64,000 nucleotides of DNA from Eledone cirrhosa (Eukaryota). Below are positions 15,008-28,385 of the stretch, piece by piece. Position numbers and translations under genes: made by a program. The stretch spans positions 34,410,001 to 34,474,000 of the forward strand of contig OZ024745.1 in assembly GCA_964016885.1 (NCBI GenBank), in the 5' to 3' direction. Within the stretch, counting starts at the first letter, position 1, and each line of letters starts with the position of its first letter. The notes beneath the pieces are model-generated. The model was given only the letters and a program-made list of their open reading frames with translations, ran no database searches and was not told the DNA's origin.

Positions 15008-16359
15008 TTATCTCTTCCTCTTAATTTTGAGTATATTTTTTTGACCGGGCACCATCCTGGTGGCAAGGTTGTAAAAGAAAAGAAATTGTCATCCCTTCAA
15101 TCGCAAGAATGTTTTGTAAATTTTGAAGGTGCCAGCTATCGCAGCCATTTGTAGACTATGAATTAGGGAGCTGCGCTCTTTGTCCGCAAATCCAAGTTCA
15201 GTCATACTTTGGTCCAAGCGGGTTGGTATATAACCCGTAGCTCCCATAATGATGTGTATGAAGCTAAAGGTGTATCTTGGATACTGGATTTGTAAACTCT
15301 TCATCAATGGTCCGTAGCTGTCCTCCTTCTCCTGTATTTTTCTGACAACGTTTACACAAGTGGGCAGCTGATCTCCACAACAGAACACGTTTTCAATGTG
15401 TGGTCCCAAACAACAATATCAGGCCGGTTGTGCTTTAATTTGGTGGCAGTTTTTATTTTCAGGTTCCACCAGTATTCCTTAGTGCCATCTGTCTCAATAT
15501 ATTCTTCCTCGTTTGTTGTTAATTTTGTTTTCCGAAGTGCGTTCCAGATGGTTCTAGCTATCCCATCGTGTCTCATGAGGAGGTAGGGAGATGACATTCT
15601 TTCGCAGCTGGCAACAATATGGCTTACATCCTCGATCTTTGTTTTACATAGCCTACATTTATTGTCAGCTGATGGCCCTCTCCTTTTGTGCAGCAGATAT
15701 TTGGTAGGGAGTTCTTGTTCCTGTATTGCATAGAGATATCCCTCAAGGTGTGATGTCATAAACCTGTCGGAACTCCATGCCAGGCTTTTGAGTGGTTTAT
15801 CCCCTCTATGGTCTGTGTTTTACGTCTCAAGTATCCATGCACAACTTTTTCTGTAAATTGGTCAATGTTTTCATCTTATTTGAACATTGAATAGGATCTT
15901 CCGATTTCTCGGGGTGAGAGATTTATATCAGGCTTTATTCCATATCTCTCCTCCAGATCAGTCGCTATTCTAATGATATATTTTTTTTCATGCTCATAAA
16001 CCTGGGCAAGATGGTTGCCAACCTTTTTCCTCTGTTGCAGGTGTTGCTTCAGTGTTACTATCCGGGTCTCATATGATGTTAATATGGATTTTAGACCCCG
16101 GCCACCTTCCTTGCGTGAGAAGTATAGCCTATCAACATCACCATTGATGTTAAAGTTCCCAGTAACACTGAGAAGTTTGCGAGTTCTAACATGCATCTCA
16201 CTTAGTTCTTGCAATGACGAGTTCAGCAGGCCAAATGTTAGCGTTAGAATTGGCACAGTATAAGCATTGTGGGCAACGTATTTGTTGTACGCTGACAGTT
16301 CTGATGACCATATTTTCTTTACTCTTCTGAGGTATTCAGTTCTGGTTCTCTCCTTATTT
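15008..16359 (-). mobile_element. R4/Dong-like RLE non-LTR retrotransposon, family 1, 5'-truncated and frameshifted
   Basis: ORF pieces LYFSRKEGGRGL, CRLC..EDVSHIVASC..RHD and NRPDI..VVEISCP (CCHC plus restriction-like endonuclease). (TATG)n on both sides. Confidence 0.9.
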
Positions 16360-16438
16360 GTGTATGTATGTATGTATGTATGTATGTATGTATGTATGTA
16401 TGTATGTATGTATGTATGTATGTATGTATGTATGTATG

Positions 16439-18140
16439 TTCTTCTGGTTTTATAATTTCACAAAGTTTTACCAATGGAGAGAAAGTCGGTTTCTAACATA
16501 GACACAAGATTGTCTCATTGGAATTTACACAACATCAACTAGGTAGATATGTATGTATGCATGCATGTGTAGATATGGATGTTATTGTATGTGTGGATGT
16601 GGATGTTTTGAGTTGTATGTGTGCATGTGTATATGCTTTGTATCTGTACATGTGTATATGCAGTTATTAGATGCAACATTTTTGGAATGTTTTACATATT
16701 TTTACTGTTCCATTAATGGATTGTACTTGTAATTTTCTAACTAGTTGTGTTCTTTCTGTTCCTGTGAAGCCTAGCTTCTCAAGATTTGTATTGAGGCAGT
16801 TACTAACATATCCCAGTGCCCCAATAATCACAGGCATAAATCTGAAGGTGTAATCAGGGTGGAGTATCTGCAGATTTCTCATCAGTTCTGCATAAATATT
16901 CTCCTTTTCACTAACCTTTGATATTATATTGGCATCTGCTGGGCAGCTAATTTCCACTACTGTGCATGTTTTCTTCTCCCTGTCCCATATCATAATATCT
17001 GGTCTGTTATGTCTGCATTTTATTGGGGTTTTTACTGGAAAATTCCACCAGTACTCTTTCATATTATGTACATGGATGCCTTCCACATTGTTGTAGCTTT
17101 TAATGTGTTTATTATCGGGGCTATCTTTTTTACGAACTGCATTGTACAGTGTTTTGACCACTACATCATGCCTCATAGGTAGATAGTACCGCGATGACAT
17201 CTTTGGGCAGCTGCTGATGACATGGGTGATATCCTCGATGTTAGTTCTGCAGAGTCTGCACTTGTTATCACATCTAGGTGTTTTGCCTGCATCCCTATCT
17301 CTTTTGTGAATCAGGTATTTCGTGCTAATCTCCTGTTCTTGGATTGCAAAAGCGTATCCTTCAAAGTGGGAGCCAATATAGCGGTTGTTGGTCCAAGATA
17401 GACTACTTTCCTTATCTATATTACTCTCACTTTGGAGCTTCCTGGCAACATATGCATGCATGATTTTTTGCTGATAGGCATGCAGTTTATCATGCATGGA
17501 TTCACTGCGATACTGCTGAGCGACATCCCTGGGTGTGAGTTTTTGATTATCACACAGGGAATATCTCCAAGGAGTTCCTTCCCAACTCTCATGATCTTAT
17601 CTGTTTCATGCAGATAGACGTGCTCGAGAAGCGGGCTCCTACGCTTCGAGGTTCGTAGATGTTGTCAGAGAGATATGAGGCGACATTCAAATGTTGTCTG
17701 ACTGATGTTAGGCCTCTGCCTCCCTGCTTACGTTTCAAGTAAAGTCGGTCTATGTCACTGTTGATTAGGAAGTTTCCGGTATTGTTCAGTATTTTTCGAG
17801 TTCCAACATCAACTACTCGGATTTCATCTATCGTCCAATTGAGTATTCCAACGTTGGTGTTAGGACAGGCACAGCAATCACATTGTGAGCCACTGTTTTG
17901 TTTTGCGCAGAGAGTTCCGATGACCAGATCTTTCTTAATCGGGTGTAGTATTCCCTGGTTACGCGTTCTTTATTACATATACCATTATAGGATATGTTCT
18001 CATCTATCCCCAGGTATCTGTAGCAGTCCTCATCAGATATCGGTGAAACAGTTAGACCATTGATGACAATGTTGCTAGATTGGGTTGATGTTTTTCCCCG
18101 CTTTACAGTCATGTATGAGCATTTATCGTGGCCAAACTCC
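16439..18140 (-). mobile_element. R4/Dong-like RLE non-LTR retrotransposon, family 2, 5'-truncated
   Basis: 276-aa ORF 16667-17497 with CRLC/HVISSC/RHD/NRPDI/EISCP. Upstream RT C-terminal motifs MEFGHDKC and YRYLGI. ~230-nt 3' UTR. (TATG)n flanks. Confidence 0.92.
16667..17497 (-). CDS. C-terminal CCHC zinc knuckle + PD-(D/E)xK restriction-like endonuclease of a truncated retrotransposon ORF
   Basis: Open 276-aa frame with the canonical motifs. It is a fragment, not an independent gene. Confidence 0.8.
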   Translation of the reverse strand: MHDKLHAYQQKIMHAYVARKLQSESNIDKESSLSWTNNRYIGSHFEGYAFAIQEQEISTKYLIHKRDRDAGKTPRCDNKCRLCRTNIEDITHVISSCPKMSSRYYLPMRHDVVVKTLYNAVRKKDSPDNKHIKSYNNVEGIHVHNMKEYWWNFPVKTPIKCRHNRPDIMIWDREKKTCTVVEISCPADANIISKVSEKENIYAELMRNLQILHPDYTFRFMPVIIGALGYVSNCLNTNLEKLGFTGTERTQLVRKLQVQSINGTVKICKTFQKCCI

Positions 18141-18187
18141 ATGTATGTATGTATGTATGTATGTATGTATGTATGTATGTATGTATG

Positions 18188-18488
18188 TTTTCTCTTTCTC
18201 TTAATTTCGAGTATATTTTTTTGACCGGCCACCTTCCTGGTGGCAAGGTTGTAAAAGAAAAGAAATTGTCATCCCTTGAATCGCAAGAATGTTTTGCATA
18301 TTTTGAAGGTGCCAGCTATCGCAGCCATTTGTAGACTATGAATTAGGGAGCTGCGCTTTTTGTCCGCAAATCCAAGTTCGGTCATACTTTGGTCCAAGCG
18401 GGTTGGTATATAACCCGTAGCACCAATAATGATGGGTATGAAGCTAAAGGTGTATCTTGGATACTGGATTTGTAAGCTCCTCATCAAA
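18188..18488 (-). mobile_element. RLE element family 1, short 3' fragment
   Basis: Near-identical to 15008-15308; (TATG)n on both sides. Confidence 0.9.
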
Positions 18489-20260
18489 TGTATGTATGTA
18501 TGTATGTATGTATGTATGTATGTATGTATGTATGTATGTATGTATGTATGTATTATGTAAGCTCCTCATCAAATGTATGTATGTATGTATGTATGTATGT
18601 ATGTATGTATGTATGTATGTATGTATGTATGATGTATATGAATATGTGTATGTATGTGTGTATGTGAGTGTTTCTGTTAACAGTTGACTTAGGCTTATAT
18701 TAGACACAAACAAATACAGGTAACTTCTGAGAAGGTAAATGTATTTGTTTACGTCAGCGAAAACAGTGATAAGGAACGCGTTTCATTAATGTTTTACCGC
18801 GACTAAGTCAAAATATATCTCTTTATTATTGTGTCTTTACGCTGATGTTTTCAACACAATACCTTGTATAGATTAAATAAGCTGTAAATACTATTGCAAA
18901 TCTTCGTTTTAAGAAAATTACACCAAAGATATTGAAATGGAATGATGAACGCAAATGTCATAGCTGTTTTATTATTTTTGCTTTCCTAGAAATATAAACC
19001 CAATACCTCTAGCATTCCTGCATATATAAATGAAGTGTTGCTCAGACTGTCTTGTTTTCGATCTAATGCCGATTATTATATCAACCGACGTACGAAAACG
19101 AGAATCAAGGACTTACTTGGGTTGATTATTGCTCACACAGGGGAATGGAGAAAGAATGTAGGTTCTTACTCCTAATATGATACCAAAATGTAAAGGTTTG
19201 TGTGAATTTTGCCAATATCGGCGTCCTACTAGTGGTGCAATTCCCTGGTATGTCACTCGGCCCCGTGGTCGATAAAATAAAGTACCAGTAATGCACTGGA
19301 TTAATTGCTGGCCTTGTGCCAAAAGTAGAAACAATTAATTTTGTATACATTTGTATATCTTTTGGCATCTTACTAATGGTGTAATTCCCAGGTAATGCCT
19401 TTCGATACATAACTGCTTGAAACCAATATTAACCACACACAATAAAGCATCATCTCTATATCGGTAAGTCTTTCGTAAGCTGTGTTTACTCATAGTCAAA
19501 TTGTTTATCTCTTCTTTTGCTTCCGCTGTATACCATGTCCAGAAAATAGAACCTCGTTATTGTTCATTTATCTCTTCGATCGTTTATACTTGTGTGATCT
19601 CCTATGGACTCGATGAATAACTAACAGCATATTATTCATCTTCTACACGAACTCAATGACTATTTCTTTACCCATTATTGTCACATCCAATACGCAACTC
19701 AAACTAAACCCATGAACTAAATTTTGAGTGAATGCTAACATATTTAAAGTAACGGGGAAAAACCCCAGAAAAGAAACCTTTACTAAATAGAATTATCAAT
19801 GTAACTATGATGTGAATACATCAGCTCAATGAGTAATGTTAATCAAATCTGGTCAAGGCAAAAGTGCGACAACTCTGAAATTTTAATTAAAATTAGCATT
19901 ACGATCCGGCGATTAGATAAAAACGTTAGTTGGAAGAGTAACATTAATTTAATTTTACTGATCTGAACATGTATAAAATTCCTTTATTCGGCATTTCTTT
20001 TTCTTCTCCAGAAGTACATCCTTTATGAAGTTGTTTCCTACAAATGTTTACATCTAATCAGGAACAGGCAAGGATTTAAGCTAAACATCAACTATATTGT
20101 TAGCCCCATAACCATTACAGAAGGTCCTAAAAGGTTATGTTGTATGATATTTCTTCACATAAAGACTACGTATTAAAGGATGCCTAATTAAGTTAATAAA
20201 TATGAATTTGAATGAGAAAAGGTATATATATGTATATTTGCATATATATATATATATATA

Positions 20261-21064
20261 ATAAAATATGTCTTTAGAATCACTAGATATAATATATACC
20301 ATTTCCTCTCCCAATTAGCATAATTAACCATATAAAAAATCAATTAGATAAAGCTATAAGAATAAAGGCTTCTATGAAGAAATCTCCGACAAATAACCGA
20401 AAGCAGCTCCTTCGCGGCGGCAACGATAGAATATTTATCTAACATTTCGACAGCATGTAAAAATTGACCAGATATTCAGTCAACCAAACACAATTAGGTG
20501 TCTTTACACCTTTATATGTAATAATCTCCCGTTAGGTTGAGATACAATTTGGCGGTATTAGGCTGCCCTTTCTAGCATTAAGCCTACCCGCTGTAAGCAA
20601 CTAATCACATCCTTTCTAACTTGACCGCTGTCACGTCACGATTCTTAACCATTTTTTAATGTATTTTTGGCGCGATCACTTTGGAAAATTAAATGTCTAA
20701 TTTTGAGTTCGCTCCTGATGATTCCGAAACTCTAGACATTCCGTTATCGGATGTCTTTAAATACAGATGAAACCATGGTAGAGGTAATTTGGTATGTACA
20801 CAATTCTTCTAAGTTCAATTTTTAGACCTAATTGTGTTTGGTTGACTGTATATCTGGTCGATTTTTACATGCTGTAGAAATGTTAGATAAATATTCTATC
20901 GTTGCCGCCGCGAAGGAGCTGCTTTCGGTTATTTGTCGGAGATTTCTTCATAGAAGCCTTTATTCTTATAGCTTTGTCTAATTGATTTTTTATATGGTTA
21001 ATTATGCTAATTGGGAGAGGAAATGGTATATATTATATCTAGTGATTCTAAAGACATATTTTAT
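20261..21064. repeat. Long inverted repeat: ~239-bp arms (20261-20499 / 20826-21064) with a ~325-bp spacer, abutting (TA)n
   Basis: Arms are reverse complements with only a few substitutions. Confidence 0.9.
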
Positions 21065-21190
21065 GATATATAGCTCTGATTGTTTAATTTATTAATTTTT
21101 CATTGAGCCACAACATGACCTGTTGCAAAACACATATATATCTATGACTTTATATATATATATATATATGTAAACCTTCACATATATATA

Positions 21191-21277
<87 letters not shown>

Positions 21278-21332
21278 ATATAAAATAAAGTTAAATAAAA
21301 AGTCAAGTGTTTAAAATTTAGCTTCGTTTATT

Positions 21333-21387
21333 ACTGCTATATATATTTCAGTGACAACCATCTTTGGCTGTGACCTCTTCAGGCAGT
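21333..21387 (-). ncRNA. Type I hammerhead ribozyme, intact core
   Basis: Minus strand reads actgc-CTGAAGA-ggtcacagcca/aaga/tggttgtcact-GAAA-tatata-TA-gcagt-AATAAA, ~50 nt before a (TA)n tract. Confidence 0.88.
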
Positions 21388-21642
21388 CCGAATTAGTGTT
21401 GTATAGACAAGTACATATGTTGTTGAGGTGTATAATTTTGTCAATACTCTGATATGTCCAGTTCCTGGTTAGGTTGTTATTTCTCTGAGGAACTGGAATC
21501 ATATTTATATATATATATATGCATATATATGTGCACACATTCGAATACGTGTGTGTATGTGTGTATATATATATACACATATATATATATGAATATATAT
21601 GTATGTATATACATATTTCTATGTGTATGTATATAGTGTATA

Positions 21643-21742
<100 letters not shown>

Positions 21743-21744
21743 GG

Positions 21745-21949
21745 TAGAACACTGGAAGGTAATATCCGTAGTGGTAGAGCACTCAGTCGATGGGACGAGT
21801 TAGGTAGAAGTGGTAACACAACAGTTAATTCACCATACCGAGAACAATAGTTTCACCTTAGCGGATCCTCAGCTCGTACGAGCTGAGGATACGCTAAGGT
21901 GAAACAATTGTTCTCAGTATGGTGAACTAACTGTTGTGTTACCACTTCT
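21745..21949 (-). mobile_element. Family A fold-back mini-element with an HHR motif in both arms
   Basis: Palindrome centre 21877/21878 (ctcgtacgag). gag-CTGAGGA-t(c/a)cgctaaggt-GAAAC-NNNN-GTT-ctc occurs on each strand. Confidence 0.88.
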
Positions 21950-21967
21950 CTATATATATATACAAAC

Positions 21968-22408
<441 letters not shown>

Positions 22409-23610
22409 GCTACGTTCTATAGCATTCGGTGTTATCACATACAAACCTACACCTCTGATAATCTTGTCTCACATTGCAATTTAGAACAAAATATGCTACT
22501 GCTATCTTCCGTCTCAGTAACACGAAGACGCACATTACGGCAATCACATTCATTCTTATTATTATAGAATCCTAAACAGCAAATCACGCGGCAGATTTAC
22601 ATCTCTTACAAACAGATATTTCAATCGCATTTTCCAACAAAAGTTTTGCAATAAAATGTTATTGAAATTAATAATATGTTCGAGATTGACATTTATCAGT
22701 TGAGATATAAAGCCAGATATCTTTCGAAGTTCATTCTAAGAGTGCCAGGCAACCTAACAAACTCATTATATTCTCATGGATATATATATGTTACTCCAAA
22801 CGTTAAAGTTTCAACACAAGACTCAATACACATATAGTTTTTTCAACGCATTATCTCGATGTTAAATATCACCAACTCGCAACATTAGAATGTCTTTCAT
22901 TATGGCAAGAGAGAAATTTTACTTCAGTTCGAATGCAAGTATGTTTGATTTAAACTAACATCATGATTTGATGAGCTTCAACATAAGTTTTTAGTGCGCC
23001 TTTTTATATAATTTTGTATACATTAATCTTATGGTATAATTTACCCGGAATTTCAATAATAAAGAATTGATGTAGAGATACGTTCTATATACGTTTCTAT
23101 CAGATTTATCACATAAACATAGCATCACCGATGGAAAAGACAATAAAAATAATGGTTTTCTCGTCTGATATGAAGACAGATCTATTCCTTTCTTTTAATT
23201 ATTTCTATATTCGTATATATATATATATATATATATAAAGAATTAATAATAACATCTAGACATCATTAGGATATTTACATTGTACATTTTAACCATTCTG
23301 CTCTGATGATACACTGGTCACAGCATTTGATAATTGAGTTTTGCAAATAGTTGTAAATTTGCACATAGCATAACTAGGCTGTACAACCACCGTGGAAGCA
23401 TTTGTAATCACACGGAATAAATTACCTTTTTATGATGTCTACCTCTTATTATTCATTCTTTATCTACACTCCGGAATACAGAAGGATCAGGAACTAAGTT
23501 TCTTCAACAATTCTTCCATAACTTGTTGAGTAACCTCTCACCGTACGTCAACCGTAACCATTACTGCATCTAGGATAATCCTATACCTAATATATATATA
23601 TATATATACA

Positions 23611-23811
23611 TAACGAAGGAGTTGTGGTAAGGAACCAGATGGTCCATAAGGCACCAGAGTACTCAATACTTAGGGTAGTAGAGTGGGTAATAGGAAAATG
23701 TATGACCCCGACGGCAGAGCTCAAGCCGGTTCGACGGCTATTTCTGGACTCAGAAAGAAAATAGCCGTCGAAACGGCTTGAGCTCTGCCGTCGGGTTCAT
23801 ACATATTCCTA
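23611..23811 (-). mobile_element. Family B fold-back mini-element in (TA)n
   Basis: Arms 23690-23744 / 23757-23811. Homologous to copies at 28381, 29446, 37987, 38814 and 41049. Confidence 0.88.
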
Positions 23812-23822
23812 TATATATATAC

Positions 23823-23867
<45 letters not shown>

Positions 23868-23871
<4 letters not shown>

Positions 23872-23998
23872 AGACACAGAAGAGTGTGCTTTTCTTTACA
23901 GGATTTCATTTTCCTATGCCTCTAGTAGCTTATATTCTCTTCACGCTGGTGGTTTGAAATTCCTGTAAAGAAAAACACACTCTTCTGTATCTTTCCCC
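23868..23998. repeat. Short fold-back: ~41-bp arms, ~46-bp spacer
   Basis: gacacagaagagtgtgcttttctttacaggatttca versus tgaaattcctgtaaagaaaaacacactcttctgtatc. Confidence 0.75.
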
Positions 23999-24094
23999 TC
24001 TATATATTGTATTTTAAAGTGCACAGGAAAACTCTTTCCTTTGAGGTCATTTAATTACAGGATTATACGCGAGTCCTTTGCTCTGTTATTTTAC

Positions 24095-24138
<44 letters not shown>

Positions 24139-24205
24139 GGGGTGTGTGTGTGGGTGTGGGTGTGGGTGTGTGTATGTGTGTGTGTGTGTGTGTGATTAGT
24201 TACAA

Positions 24206-24375
24206 CAGTGACATACAGGTACTTCAGTTTCGTTGGGTTATACACCCCAACTCATTATATAAAGAAAGTATATAACAGGCTGAATGAGTTGGAGTATATA
24301 ACCCAACGGAACTTAACTACCTGTATGTCACTGAATGAGTTGTGGTGTATGACACAAAGTACCTGTGTATGTCAA
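24206..24375 (+). ncRNA. Fold-back element with variant HHR (24276-24323) and a second degenerate tandem copy
   Basis: cagg-CTGAATGA-gttgg...ccaac-G(G/A)AAC-NNNN-(G)TA-cctg. The inverted arm 24206-24256 retains GAAAC-tgaa-GTA-cctg. Confidence 0.7.
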
Positions 24376-24619
24376 GTGTAAGCAATTATTCTTAACTCGT
24401 GCTATCGGCTGAGTGCTCTAACAAGTGGATATTTCTACCAACTTATAGTATATATATAGTATATATATATTTAAAAAAATAGAGGTGTGACACACAAGTT
24501 GTGATATATTAGTAAAAAGGAAAAGAAAATGCTGACATATAATTTGATGTATGCATATATATATATATATGAGGAATTAAGAGAGAATGAGTGAGAGAGA
24601 TAGAGCTAATATTGCTCAC

Positions 24620-24663
<44 letters not shown>

Positions 24664-25716
24664 AATACCAATTCATGGTGTTTAATATACATGTTTATTG
24701 TTTGTCGATATTTCCTGACGATGGTTTCATTCCACTGTCCACTGACACTCTGAATTACATAGAATTCTGTAAGTAAATAAAAAATCTACTGTAATTCATT
24801 ACTAAAGTTCCACAACGAGAAGTCCTCCCCACACCTTCTTTGCTAAGTACAGAAAACGTAATTTGATGTCTTCATGTTGTATGAATCTATAGAAATGTGA
24901 TTCTTCTAAGTAGATTAAATTGAATTAAATTTATTTTAACTGTGTAATGTAAAAAGGGTACTATACTAACTTCTTAGATAACGCCACACCTAATTCTACA
25001 CATCAGTATACACTCCTATTTATAACTATACATACACACGCACACATGCAAGACTGCACACATATGCATATATATCTACACATAAATACAAATGCATACG
25101 CACATTCTCTAACATATAACTAATTCAGTTATTTCTCTTATCATTGTGTCCTATGAGTGTATTGTGTCTAAAGAGTTTGTTGATTATACCATTGTGCTTA
25201 CGAAATACACACTGAATGTTCACTAATACTCCGATCAGCCATTTTCTTGTAACTATGAGGCTGGTTTGTATAATACAAAATATAATTCATTGTACACATG
25301 ACAAGATTCCCTTTTCGAAACGTCTTTAGTTTCAAAATCTTCAAAATGTCAATATTTCATTTTATATTGAAGAACACGGAAAGAATATTTACTGAATATA
25401 TGACAAAGGATTTATTTAAAAAAAGGAAGTATTTGTAAAATGTAGTTTCAAGTCTAAACCAGGGAAACTTAAACACTACTTAAATGCCATCTCTAAGGTA
25501 GCAACTACCTACATACAGCTCAAGTTTAATTGAATTTACGTCCACCTACCTCTTGTTTACCTTACACCACACCTAAGTTTCACCAAAACAACATTTTTTT
25601 ATTTTTGTATTCGGAGTTACTATACCTACTCTCCACCTATCACCTGAACTTAGTTAAGTCTGTATAAAGCAAAAGATTCATTTCATTTCTAATCTTTCGA
25701 CAAGCCTTTAACACCG

Positions 25717-25868
<152 letters not shown>

Positions 25869-26412
25869 GTGCGTGTATGGGGTTGGTGAAAAACTTCAGT
25901 GTAAAAATGGTGATAAAAGAGCAAACAATACCAGACTGAATGTTCGCCAATTGTTAGTCATTGGTTCTTGTTTCTGATCTTCGGGCGATATATTTATCGG
26001 CTGTAGATCAAAAACAAGAAAGTCTGAGCAACGATTTATTTATATATACATATCAACTAATTCTGCCTCCGTTAAGATTCGGAACTCTTAAATGATAAAA
26101 ATGCGTAATTTTATTTTAGCAATACAATGCGTATAAATAGTTAGTATAAAATAATCGAAAATATAAAAAAGCGAATCTAGGAAGGAGAATTTACGTACCT
26201 AAGTGAGATCAATATATGAATAACTTCCATACACCCACATGTTTATGAATATATTTACATATAAATATATATCCACCCATGCAGATAATTAGACTTATAT
26301 CCTTGGAGACATAGGCGGATTTTCAATCATATACTAACAAATATATGTATACAAACGTACATACATACATACATGCATACATCCGTACATACATACATAC
26401 ATACATACATAG

Positions 26413-26493
<81 letters not shown>

Positions 26494-26917
26494 GGGTGAG
26501 AAAGATAAAGTGGGAATAGGGAGAAGAGAGGGGGAGAGACAGAGTTAGAGATATATATTCAATGTAGGTGTGTTGGAAATGTCAATTTATTACCACTTGC
26601 TTATGAACGATACCAATAGGTAATTAGCCATAGTGATATGAAGCGTGATATGATATTAATTCATATATTTATATTTATCCTAGGAGAATTATCGTTATGA
26701 AGGCCTGAGAATGTCTAGAATTTGAATTAATTTGTACGGAACAGATTCTACTTCCCATTTGTCTATAGAGATTTTTATGTATATGTCTGTATATCTATGT
26801 ATATCTGTATGTTGTATATTTAATGTGTATATGAAATTATACATATATATACCCTTTTAATGTCTTTCCACCACTCCCCCTCACACCCTCGGAACTCTTT
26901 TTCTTCCCACTTTTTCC

Positions 26918-26943
26918 CTGATGAAGGGCTTATGCCCGAAACG
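26918..26943 (+). ncRNA. HHR core with intact stem II; stems I and III decayed
   Basis: CTGATGA-agggc-ttat-gccc-GAAACG, ~85 nt upstream of (TA)n. Confidence 0.6.
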
Positions 26944-27023
26944 CCCCCCCCTCTCAAAAGTGAACCTAATACTAACACTTTGTACTGATCTTTTCGTTAT
27001 TGTTTTTGTTTTTTTGTTTTAAC

Positions 27024-27107
<84 letters not shown>

Positions 27108-27657
27108 ATGTAGATAGATACATATATAAGATACAGGAGAGCCTGCTACACCCTATTCGAGTTGACTAGAAATAAAAATAAACCGTATATAGCGTAGTTG
27201 GATAAGCAAAGAATCGCAGCGACCCCTAGGGCTGGAATATCTGGAGGTGGTGGAAGCCCTCTCCTGTCCCCTTCCCAAGTTCACTCTGAATCTAAACCAG
27301 TTTTCGTGGCTTCTGGTGCCTTATGAACACGTTCTTTTTCTGGGACCACTATTTAGTGTCTTATAGGAAAATAACTAGTAACAATAAATAGTTTACCCAT
27401 TACTTATAACTAATTATCATCGCTCAAAGGTTTCTGGTAAAATTAATAAGTAGCTTAGAATATTGTATTTTCAAATGAACCTTTCAGTTTAGGATTGGCA
27501 TAATCTTGATTTATTATAATTATAAACATTTGTTTTGTACGCACAGCCTTAAATTCTATAAAAACTAAAGAAAAGAAAAGAAATTGTCACCTTACTATAT
27601 CGTACATAGATTAGACCCAGGCTGATATAACATTATATATATATATATATATATATA

Positions 27658-27706
<49 letters not shown>

Positions 27707-27880
27707 AGAATGAAGAGAAGTGACACACGAGTTGATATATATGATAGTAAAAAAGAAAAAAAAACAGTACTTCATGCTAAAGAGATTTTCTCTCAGAATA
27801 ACAGCAAAACATTTATTTATAAAATCAGAATTTTCTCATTATTCGTACCGGTTATAGGCTTCTTCAAGTATGTATGTATG

Positions 27881-28283
27881 TTCTTCTGGTTTTATAATTT
27901 CACAAATTTTTTCCCAATAGATAGAGAAAGTCGGTTTCTAACATAGTCACAAGACTCTCTCATTGGAATTTACACATCAACTAGGTAGATTATGTATGCA
28001 TGCATGCATGTGTAGATATGGATGTTATTGTATGTGTGGATGTGGATGTTTTGAGTTGTATGTGTGCATGTGTATATGCTTTTATCTGTACATGTATATA
28101 TGCAGTTATTAGATGCAAAATCTTTAGAATGTTTTACATATTTTTACTGGATTGTACTTGTAATTTCCTAACTAGTTGTGTTCTTTCTGTTCCTGTGAAG
28201 CCTAGCTTCTCAAGATTTGTATTGAGGCAGTTACTAATATACCCCAGTGCCCCAATAATCACAGGCATAAATTTGAAGGTGTA
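27881..28283 (-). mobile_element. RLE element family 2, short 3' fragment
   Basis: Highly similar to 16439-16851; (TATG)n on both sides. Confidence 0.9.
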
Positions 28284-28289
28284 TGTGTG

Positions 28290-28320
<31 letters not shown>

Positions 28321-28321
28321 G

Positions 28322-28380
<59 letters not shown>

Positions 28381-28385
<5 letters not shown>

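Noticed and set aside
14944-18630. Repeat-spacer alternation resembling a CRISPR-like array (also the (TA)n-separated inserts at 59-62 kb)
   Set aside because: The repeats are variable-length microsatellites and the spacers are retroelement fragments. The context is eukaryotic with no cas genes.
20715-20738. CTGATGA-ttcc-GAAAC as a hammerhead
   Set aside because: No pairable stem II, and stems I and III are unconvincing.
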